In this document: positions 42,901 to 54,900 of the stretch, piece after piece | How positions within the stretch are numbered: position 1 is the stretch's first letter | Layout of the letters: every line of letters starts with the position of its first letter | Assembly: GCA_965112155.1 (NCBI GenBank) | Contig: OZ218113.1 | Source of the DNA: Podarcis liolepis | Taxonomy: Eukaryota | Reading direction: 5' to 3' (one strand) | DNA: 64,000 nt | Notes under the pieces: model-generated | The model's database searches: none | What the model saw: the letters and a program-made list of their open reading frames with translations, nothing else | Told to the model about the DNA's origin: nothing | Program-made: the position numbers and the translations under genes

Positions 42901-45900
42901 AGGATTCTAAATATATATAAAAATTGTCCAGTAGCACCTTAGAGACCAACGAAGTTTGCTCTTGGTATAAGCTTTCGTGTGCATGCACATGAAAGCTTAT
43001 ACCAAGAACAAACTTAGTTGGTCTCTAAGGGCTACTGGACAATTTCTTTATTTTTATATATATTTTGACTACGTCAGACCAACACGGCTACCTATCTGAA
43101 ACAGGATTCTAGTTAAGAGTAGAGAAGACTAAAGTCTAAAATCTGCCCACCTCTGGTGTTACAGACTCTGTTAGCTACTTTGTAAAAAAATGTGACCTTA
43201 TAAGAGCTTTAATGTATTCCTCTCCTCCCACCCTAAATAGTACTCCCACCCTAAATATTAAGTGTTTCTCCATAAAAGGTGCCACCAATGGCTGTCTGGG
43301 CAAAGAATAGCTGAACAGTGAAAAGAGAAGTTTACAATGTGCTGCTCTATCCCAGGGAAGACCCCCTGGATGATGGTGGCTTGCTAATGACAGAAGGGGG
43401 GAGAGTGCTACACAGCCCCCGCAAAGGGCAAGCCCAGAGGCACACAACAAGCACTGTTCTGCAACAGCTCCGGGTGTCAGCCTCCCATGTTTTACAATGA
43501 CCTCATTCTTGTCTACACAACAACAAACCAAGCAGTTAGCTCTCTAGCCTGTCACAGACAGCTCCACAGATCTTTACCTACAGAACAATTCCAAGAATGA
43601 CTCGGCTTCTCACATTGCACAGCTACATGGCTCCAAAGTTTTCCAACGTGAAAAATATGTCCTTTCAGACATTCCAACTCCACCTTTCTAGCAGTGCACA
43701 ATGAAAATGGACAATGTCAGAATGAATGGTAAGCAGAGAAAGAGCAGCTGCTAGGGTCAAATAGCTAGCCAGTTAGCTAGTTTGGGGGGTGGGGGTGGGA
43801 GAGAGCTTCCAGAACAAATTAAACCATGTTACAGCCTTACAAATAAGTTCACTGAAGTTTCTGGCCCACAACCATTTTTACTGATGGCCTGAATTATAGG
43901 GGGAAACAAAACAAACACTTCTCTCATTTACAAATGTTTCCATGCCTACTCAACTAGAGGTAAAACAGCCAACTGAGCAAGTGGTTACTTACTTGTTTGC
44001 CACATTGGTAAATATCAATTTCCAAATTCCCTCTTGGACACACAGAACTATCAGTGCTCATCCTGGCCCTTACTAGCACAAAACATCCAAACCACCACAC
44101 AGGGGATAGTAACCGGCAGCCCTGCATCAAATCTGTTGAAATCTGTGTCTGAGTGTCACAAGTGGTTTTCTATTACAAATAAATAAACTGGGGGAGGGGG
44201 GAAATCCTATGCAAATAAGGGCAATTTGAGGGGGAAAGGTTTTGCAGCCCATTGTGATAGCAGCCTGAGAGGTTAAGTGGACCAACTGCATCAAAGGGGT
44301 TAAGAAGTTCCACCACTTCTCTAAAAATTAACTATTTTGCAGATATTGTTCATTTGTTTCCAAGCATCTCTCTGAAATCATGAAACATTTTGTTTTGGTT
44401 TTTTTTAATGAAAACAGTTTCCAGGTTTTGGTAACAGTTGTCAAACTCTGCAGATCTGCTATATTCTGAAAAGCATAGTTTGGGGACTAGGGAGAAGATC
44501 CCACAAACTTTTTCATCTCAAAGCAAACAAAACTGAATGAGGAGGCAAGTCTCAGAATGTCTTACATTTTCGATATCCATTAGCAGCTCTATCCTGCTAT
44601 CCAGGCAAGTTGGTCCTTTCAAAGAAGTCCTGGAGTATCCCATTTGCTATTCTCCCTCTCCACACCCCTCCACCCCACATTTTTGTCCCACATTTTGGCC
44701 ACAAGGATGATCCCACAAGGCGGCTATAAAATTCAAAAATTACAATAAAATAAAACAAAACAAGTTAAAACCAGACAAACCAGAAGTTTCGTCATGCTGT
44801 GGCTCATGCACCCAAGGCCATATTCTAAGAATAGCAAAGTAATTAATCCTACAAACGCACATGGGGCGGGGGGAGCCCCATGTAGCAAAAATTAAATAAA
44901 TTAGAATTATATATTTGCAGGTTTCCCACAGGCATCTGGTTGGCCACTGTGAGAACAAGAGTGCCAGCTGGGTTGGACAGGCCCCCTTTGGCTGGATCCA
45001 GCTGAAGGACTCTTATGTACGTCTTTGTATATACAACCCATCTCTATTGGTACTTGCATTGAAAGTCATTTGTGCAGAACATTCTCACTTAAATGATTAC
45101 TATGGGTTATCTTGAGACATGGGAAATTATTGTACAGGCAACGACCAATTAACGTTCATCCAAAAGACACATGATTGCGCACACACGCACAGTGCTGTAG
45201 TAACCCAAAAACATCACTCAACATTTCACAAAAAGGGTGGAATGGGGGCATGGCAGGGGGAAAGGGGGCAGGGCTGAATGTAGCTGAATACACTTATACA
45301 TGCTCCTCCAATGCACACAGGGGCCAGGAACAGAACTCCTGCACAAAATAGTTGTTGACTGTATTAGTGTAGTGGTGGACTTGTAGCCTTCTCCTTGCTG
45401 CTTGACTCCACTCCACTCCTATCACCCGACCACTCACCATGCAGGCTGGGGCTGATAGAAGTTGGAGTCCCAATTAATATCTGGAGACCAGACACAGGTC
45501 CCCCCACCCCTGATGATTTCCCATACAGCATTTACTTCATCACCTTAGAACTGTTTCTATATACCCAGCATCATTAATGTGTGTTGTGCTTTACAAGTAT
45601 AACAGCAAAACAGCAGGTGCCCATCTATGCTTTGACAGTGAGAAGGACAACAAAGAAGGGAGAGAGATGCACAGCAAGAAGCAACTGTAAGAAAATCCAG
45701 TTACACACACACTTACACACTAGGAATATGTGGAAACTACTGTGAGAGTAAATCCAATGTGCAAGCATAAATGAAGGCTTTGGGCTTTGTTACAAGTGAG
45801 CTGCCAAAAGTGGGAAATAAATATTATAAATACTTAAATCAGGGCAGTCCAACTTTTCATACCAAGTGGACCTCAAGAGTACTTCGACACGGGACCTTTG

Positions 45901-48900
45901 GGCCACACACTGCCTTGTCACAGGGAGAGGAAAGGCCAACATTTGATATACAACCCAGCCTTCATGCTGCCTTCCCAAAGTCAGCTATGCGAGGTGCTGG
46001 GCTTTTGGAAGGAGGTGTGAGGCTCTGGCAGAGTCCTGGAGTCTTCCCATCTCCTTCCCAAAGCTGGGAAAGCACTTTGGGAAGGAGGCAGAAGGACTCT
46101 AGAACCCTGTAAGAGTCCTTACACCTCCTTCAAGGGCTATGCAGGGCAAGGTTCAAATGTTGTTCACTATGCCCCAGAAGACTCTCATCCCTTCCTTTCC
46201 CTTACCTCACCTGGCACAATAATCCAACCACTACAGCAAAGGAAAAACTGCAAACAGGCAGGCAGGCAGACACCAAGCCCAACAGCTAGAATGTCCTTCA
46301 GAAAGATGCTATAGTCACCATGATCTATGGTCAGGTCTTCAAGCTCCCTGTCTTTTTCCTGCTCTCCTTCAATGGCTAGGTTGCTGTAGTCCAGATGAGA
46401 CTCCAACCACCACCCTGCTAGGAAAATGAGAGAGCAGAGCCAAGACAGTTGCCACATCAGGCACCCCTGTTGCTGCTTCTACACACCCATCAGCCTCAAC
46501 CACAACCCTCAATCAGCTAGATCACAATCTCAATTTCACTTAAATATCTGTCACATCAGGCAAATGATGCAAATACAACTCAGTGCTCTGTCTCATCCTG
46601 CACTTTTTGTACTCATGGAAGGAGTGGGGCCAGAAGACAAAAAAGTTTCAGAAAATGCAGCAGGAGCATATCCATTTGTCAAGTGCTTGGGTCACCAGGC
46701 TCTACTCCTGGGCTATCAGCCATCTGAGTACAGTGGTACCTCAGGTTAAGTACTTAATACGTTCCGGAGGCCTGTACTTAACCTGAAACTGTTCTTAAGC
46801 TGAAGCACCACTTTAGCTAATGGGGCCTCCTGCTGCTGCTGCGCCGCCGGAGCACGATTTCTATTCTCACCCTGAAGCAAAGTTCTTAACCTGAAGCATT
46901 ATTTCTGGGTTAGCAGAGTCTGTAACCTGAAGCGTATGTAACCTGAAGCGTATGTAACCTGAAGCGTATGTAACCTGAGGTACCACTGTATTTTTTCCAT
47001 GTGGTGCACAGTCCCTTTTTTCTATCTGTAGAAGGGGAAAGGATAGCAATGGAGCACACAAGAAGGTGCTCATGCAGCTACAAGCCTTTGAGTTCCCCCT
47101 TACCCATTCCACTGTCATAGAGGGAGAGGGGCTGACTTTTTAAATCTTTGAGCTGTAGCTGGAAGTAGTGAACTCCAACGTGAAGGGGCCCAGGGGTATT
47201 TCCAGAGAGACATGATCTACCTAAGATGCAGACTTTTAGTCTTAAAGAGCCAGTAGCTTTTTAGAACTAGAATGGGGACTCATCGGGTTGCCAAAGACAA
47301 GTGGCTACTTACAAGTCTGCGTTAGCCTAACGTACCACCCTTTGCCATAACTATTCCTATTGCTTAGGGTGAAATGAACAATGTAGCCAGCCTATGTTTT
47401 AAAATGAATTACTGGGAGAAGAAAGTACAAACACACAAACTTTCTCCAGTGGCTTTTCACTTTAAGGATACAATTACAATATGTTTTCACAAAGCTCTGG
47501 TTACCATATGCACACACCAAAACCTAGCATTTGTGCTAAGCCCATCCTGTCAGTACAGTTAAAAATATTTTGGTGGTTTTTACTGTCTATTCTTGCAACT
47601 GACTTCTTCAGGACAGAGTTCTTTTCAGTGGAAGTCAGACACTGGCAATCTGATATAGCTAGAATGGGAGCGAAGGAGGCAAAATCTTAAAGGCCACAAA
47701 AAACTTTTTAGGAGGGGCAAATGCAAGCCACAGGTTAGGCACCTGATTAACAGTAACTGCATTTTGAAATAATGACAACTGCATCTATTTTCATGGGGAA
47801 ATAGTATTTGTTAGCTGATTGGCGACATTATAGAGAAATAGCGTGTACAAAGCTAGTGAACAAATATAGCACATAACACAGGCTTACAGATCATGCTGTA
47901 CTTTCTCAACAGATGTTTTAATTTCTAACAAAATAGGAACGGACAAAAACATGAAGGGACAGCTAATTATCTAAGGCAATTACCATGGCATCCTAAAAAT
48001 AGATATCTGTTAGTTATGAAGTTCAATGAAAACTCTCTGATCATTTTATTGCATTCTGTCATTATCTATTACAGGAATTCTTATCTCGCCCTTCCAATAG
48101 ATCCCAATGATGGCTTAAAATACCACTGGGGCATCCAGTAGTCTTTCCTCCAATGACTGATCATGTCTATTGTTTCAGCTTTAGCAACCCTTCCAGCTGT
48201 TCTCAGTCTAGCCAAGATAACACTGCCCATCTCTGCTCTTAACTCAAATCATCATACTACAGTCAGTCTCATCACATATCTCTATGAATTCTGTGATTCT
48301 CTGTTTTCTGTCAAAGGTTCTCACACATCTCTATTTATATAACTCATGGCAAAAATGCCCAACAGCAGGACATTTCAATGCTTGATTAGTCATTTGCTTG
48401 AGGCTACAGTACACACTGCCTTTGGTACACTGTCAGTCGCTGGACATCTAGTCAACCAGGTGAATAGCAAATATGTCTTCCCTTAAATGTCAGCCCTGGC
48501 TAAGGTGGGAAGAAGCACACATGTGCTTCATTCTAACCTGCAAAGCAATTTGTTCTTCTGTGGTAATGGTACAGAGCATCATTTTGCTGGCATGGTTTTC
48601 TAAAGAAATGAAGATGTTGTAAGACAGACACCCCATAGTTATTAGAGTCAAGTCACATTTTCATTCTGCATCTTTATGGCACATTTGTTCAATAGCTTGA
48701 TCACATGCAATTGAAGATGTTATACGCCTTCGATGACTCTGAAATGCTATCTCCAGAAAATGGAGTTCTTCACAGTCAGGTTTACATTTCCAGACAATGT
48801 GATGGAATACACCTGACAGTTAAAAAAAATATCAATCAATAATCATATTATAGCATTGTAAAGGTATTCATTCATACAATTTATATTCCATCCTCCATCA

Positions 48901-51900
48901 ATACCATTGTTCCCATCAGAATGCTACATGACACTATCATGAATAGGAGAAAAATGCAAAATGCAAGTGGAAAAACACAAAAGGGAAAATGATTTCAACT
49001 GCTATGTTAAAAAACACAAAAAGTTTGGTTCTCTCACCAGATGATGGTATTTCAGAGGTTAAAACTAGCACTTTAAATTAGGCCCAGAAAAGGACAGACA
49101 TAATGTGATCATAAAGTCTAGCCTCAGTTAGTAATCTAAAAGACACACGGCACTAACTGGTTTCTAAACAGTCTTTAAAGGCAGTCCCATGTTAAGCACA
49201 TTACAGCCTCTATTCCAGAGACTACCACAGCATGGACAACTGAAGCCAGGCGTCCTCCGTCCATGTACAGTTGCAACTGGTATACTTGCCCAAGTCTGAA
49301 ACGCTATGTACTTACTTGGGAGCAAATCCAATTGAACTCAATGTGGCTTACCTCTGAGTTAACATGTATGCAAAGGGTTTATTATATGTGTTTTTACATG
49401 ATACTTCTACTAAGTAGCATACTGTGGGATTTCTTTTAATCATATCAAGCCTTTGGAACTTCCCAAACTAAGTAAAAAGTGTAGACCAGACATCCCCAAA
49501 CTCAGCTCTCCAGATGTTTTGGGACTACAATTCCCATCATGCCCGACCACTGGTCCTGTTAGCTAGGGATGATGGGATTTGTAGTCCCAAAACATCTGGA
49601 GGGCCGAGTTTGGGGGTGCCTGGTGTAGATGCTACAGCCACAGTCTCTCAATCCATCAGAATGCAAACATTTGTGTTAGGTCTGTGCTTTAATGAATATA
49701 GACAAAAAACTGAAGGAAATTTTGTGAAGAACTTCAGTGGTCAGCAGGGTTATTCATTACCTAAGTACACTGAGGAGCAAGTAGTTTCCAGCTGATGGAA
49801 CAAACTCAAAAACAAGTCTCATCCAATGTCCTAGTAGACTCTGTAGCCAATACTAGCATGAGATTCCATATGAGCAAACACAAGAATGACTGCAAGGCAA
49901 TTAAGATTTAATACATTTGTTCTAACATGAAACTTTACTCAACTTTTAAGTACACTGATTTCTTGTTTTATTATTTTCCCCCACCCAATGAAGTTGCACA
50001 ACATATTCAAGTTATTATAAAAGTCAACCATGAGATTCTGTCAACAACCAGAGTTCTAATCTTGAAACAATAACCAAGCAGGTGAGCAATTATTAAGTTT
50101 TGCTGTAGGAAAGACAACCATTTTCCTTTGCTTGTTCTTTGCCAATCATGCTTTAAGTTGCAGCCAACATGTGGGAGGCTGTCTGGAAAATGTCTGAGTT
50201 CAAACACAATTCTTTCTCACTTCCAACGCCACAGCACCAAATGCTTCATCATAGACACAATTGTAAGGAGATTCAACAATTATTCTCTTGTTTTCAGAAC
50301 AGTTGCATCAAAATATAGGAAAAGATTTCTTTTTTATTCACAACTGTTACTCTAGAAAAGTCCTCCAGCATTTTAATCAGTTGTTTTAATATGAACATTG
50401 TGAAAGAGCAAATCAAAAACACCCTGATAGTTACTGCAATCTTATCTATGCAAATCAGTCTATCCATGAACACCTTCACTATTTTCACACAATAGAATCC
50501 TCCCTAACCTATATAGTGTACACTGCCCTTGCAAGCCCAGTGATTAATATTCATACCAATCAAGGCAGAGCAACAGGTCTATTATTTGCAAGCTAGGTAA
50601 GGACTGCGGCCTGAAATCTCCAGCATCCTAGTAACCCTGAGCTACAGAGGCTGGAAGCCTTCTAGATAGAAGGATGCTGCTCAAGATGGCTGATTTACAG
50701 GCTGTTGGCTGATTTACATCTTACACACCTTTTAAATGTGTTTGTGGGATGGGGGGGGTTATTGCTTTGTGGGTTTCTTTTGTTCTTTTGCTTTTATTAT
50801 GTATTTCATGATTCAATATTGTATTTTTATGTTGTGAACCACCTCCCTGAGATCTATGGATGAAGGGCAGTATACAGTGTTAGAAACTCAGATATATAAG
50901 CTAGGCGCCAAATGGCTCCTGAAACCAAGGTTACAGTAACAAAAATATGCCCAAGCATCTTCACTTGGTTGCAAGTGGCCAATAGCCAGTTGCAAAATGC
51001 ACCTGGCTAATTTCAAACACGGGTGCTACACTAAATAAATAAATAAATGTAGATTCATGACTCCCTCATCAAATATATTTATACATATAATTTTTAAAAA
51101 ACAGTATTTGATTCGCAGAACAAAGAAGTGGCCAGTACCTTTTGCAATCAAGTATTAACATTTCCCCATGGTGCTATGATTCTCTATGTGGGATGTGTGT
51201 ACAAAACAACACATAAACTAATAAATAATACCACTTTTTATTTGCCATGTTTGCCATGGCAACTGTGCTACCACTTTATGCCAAACAAGACAAGCAACCA
51301 GATTTCCTCCCTTCCCAGCATCATCCCAGCAGTTACATGGCAATTCCATCTCCCTTCCAAATGCAAATGCTGGGAAGAAGGATGGGGAGTTGTTTGGTTG
51401 TTTAGTTGCTGAGGTACCCAGCACACATTGCAGCAGTCAAACCAGGGTTCAAAATTAGCAGGGCACCATGCACATTTTGCACCTAAAGATTCTCCATTTG
51501 TGAGCACCTCAAAAAGACTGGGTGCGATTTTTTGCACTGGCTGACACTCAAGCATTATTGAAATGTACAGTCATACCTCAGGTTAAAGTTGCTTCAGGTT
51601 GAGCGTTTTCGGGTTGCGCTCCGCGGCGACCAGGAAGTATCGGAATGTGTTACTTCTGGGTTTCGCCACTTGCGCATGCGCAGACGCTCAAAATGACATC
51701 ATGCACATGCGCAGAAGCGACGAATCGTGCCCCACGTACACGCGGGTAGCGTTCTCTTCAGGATGCGAACGGGGCTCCGGAATGGATCCCGTTCGCATCC
51801 AGAGGTACCACTGTATGTGCTTTGAAGCCTCAAAGTATATGTTAAGGACAGACAATATGTTAAGGAGTTTAACACTAAAGAGTGTTTTGAAAACTAAAGT

Positions 51901-54900
51901 ACGGTACCAACTATTTTTATTATAAACACCATTTTAGACATGTATTAACAATTTCTGCTACAAATGTCATATTAACAATGTTTCGCTTATGTGAATTACA
52001 TATTAGTTCCTGCTTATCAAAATAATAAATAAAAAGTGTCACTGACACACACACACCCCGGCAACTAGACATTCTGTTTTGGCACCCACAACCCAGGTCC
52101 CTTCTATCCGAGTTTCTAACACTGAGCCAAACAGGCATAAACTTTCCTGGTTGGTCCCTATGCAGGACCAACTCAGTTCCTGGTGACTACAATGTTGGAC
52201 ATGCCTAGCACAGGTAGACAAAAATTGTCGATCCCTATACATCAGGTCATATAATGTATTTAGTATTAAATATTCACAATATTAATATCAAACACCATGC
52301 ATCGCACTGAAGACACTGAATACCAGTTTTCTCAATTAAGAATTTTCTAGAAACACACCCACGCTAACATACACATGGAGCATCTTTTTAACAACATGAC
52401 GTGAGGGAGACCATTTCTCAGAGGACCAGAGAATGACATTTCTTGCACCTCATGTTTAGCAATGGAAGACAAGCATAACAACAAACTCAAAGCTATTTTC
52501 TGGCCCTTTATAGGGCTTCACAAATGGGATGGGGTACCATGAAGTTTCATCACAAGCTACGTAACTAGCATTCCCAACAAAGGCAAATAACTTTGTTAAA
52601 TTAATGAAAATATTTGCTGCAGTAAATCTCAACACCGAAGTCAAAGCCTATTAGCAAACCCTTATGCCCCACTGCATCCCATGTATAATAATTTGAATGC
52701 AGAAAATAAATGTTTCACTGAGCTTTCCCCTCTCTTAAAATGTTGCTTAGGCTGTAACACAGAAGCCTCAACCCACAAAAGCTCCAATGCACAGGGTAGG
52801 AAAGTAATTTATTTCCACTACAAACTAATGGAACTAGGTCTAATAATTAGAAAGAACAGGGGTTAACAGCAGCAAAAGAGGAACTATTCATCTTTGTGAA
52901 ATCCCAGCATAAGGTAATTTGTATCAGAAATTTTTCTGATGCCCTAGAAAGTGATCTAATCTTGTAAAAGAAGATGAAAACTTTAATAAGCTCACCTAAT
53001 ATTGTATTTGCAATTGGTATCCACTCATTTTTACTAAAGAATTCATGAAATGGAAAAATTTTCATGGAAAAATAAAGGATTGGTATATGTACATATCATT
53101 GTACACATCTGTATCTTAAAAAATGCAGGGTTTCGTAGGTTAAGAGGAGAAATAAAACAAGAGAACAAAGTATTCCACTTTTAAATTAGGTTGCTGCATG
53201 TGTGTGTGTTTTATTTCATTTGGCCCTGCATACAGGAATTGAGGTCCAGCAAGCCCTGCATCACAGAACAAAGGAGAGGCAATCAAGTACAAGACAAGTA
53301 CTGTACAGGTGAAAGTCAAATACAGATTTTCCCATGGCATTTTTGACTACTGTCTCATCAATACAAAAGGAATTTAAGCTTTAGTAATCTACTGAGTATT
53401 TAGAAACAATGTAAATCCAAGCTGACCGTTATCTTCCTTTGCTCCGTGCATAGACGATTGAAGAGCTTATCCTCAAGAGATTATAAATTTAGAACTATTA
53501 CATTAAAAACAGAACCTGAAGAACCCATTAACCTTATTTTAAAAAATTCAAAATGAAGAGAAAATGTTTTAAGATATCCAGAAACACTTGGCCCATCAGC
53601 TGATGATGAGTTAATTCTACTTGGCCACTATCTCCATGGTGCGCCAACTTTGGAAGGTGGGCAGGGCAACCAACATGTCAATCACCTGATATTATTACAT
53701 CAGATTATTCATAGGTGTGTTCCAGCCCAACTGTCAAATACTGGTCCACAGGTGGCAGGAGAGCTAGATGAAAGTCTGGCCCAGAAGGCCAAAAAGGTTT
53801 CCCGCCCTTGATCTAGTGAGTTACTTCACACGACAGATGTCAAAAGTTAGCTAAGAATATTATAAATAATAAAAAAAATTAAAAATGCAGTTGGGAACAT
53901 TATATTGGTCTTTTGTTTGAGGCCTAAAGCAGGAGCTCAGCTTCAACTGCAAAAGTAGAGTGAGACTAAGGATTACTATTAGCCCTCTTATACACATCTT
54001 AACTTTTAAATATTAATTCTCCAACCCTTAAATAACATTTCTCCCTTTCCCCACTAAACTGCACATGGTGCCATCATACTTTAGACATACCTTTAGATTT
54101 GTCAAATTTTCAAAGGCAAGGAAAACTCTACAACTGCTCCACAGAGCACTGTAGTGATTTAGTATTTTAAAATTGTATAGCACTTTCAAGTGGTCTAAAC
54201 ACTTCACATGCATTATCTAACTGTAATAATCCTTACTATAACTCTGTAAGCAAGTCAGTATGATTTTACATAGTAACATAATGATTAACTCTTTTCTACA
54301 TATTGACACTTTATAATTTCAACAACAAGCAATTCTCTGAAACTAGTACTATATTTGTTCTGTGAAAAACTATACATGTCAGGTGTGCTGCCACAGTTTA
54401 AAAGAAAATCTGGAGTGCTATATTAGGCTGTGATACTCTGGAATTAGTGTTTTCACTTCCAAAGTCACAACTTACTGGCTAACCCTGGTCTGTAAAATAC
54501 TGCTAATCAGCATTCTGAGCAAAAACAAAAATATAAGACACAAAAGATAATTAAGTATTTGGAGAAACCTGAAATCAGGAACATCCGTTCTTTTCTAGTT
54601 CTAGCCATCCTGTTACATTTTATCCAGTGTTCGAAACTAGCCAGGCACCAGGCACATTTTGCACCTGGCTGTCATCTACTTGTGACCAAGTGAAGACGTC
54701 TGGGCGCCAGGATGACATCTGACATCTCCACCATCTGGAGATGCATGCCTGAAGATCATTGTATCTTGACTGTTTTCAAACACTAATACCACATCCCGTA
54801 GAATTCTATCAGTTATTTTTTATCTTCACAATCAGAATGAATTTCAGGAACCAAAATGTTTTTTTTTCCTATGCAGCCTGAGCAGGAGCAGTGAACATTA

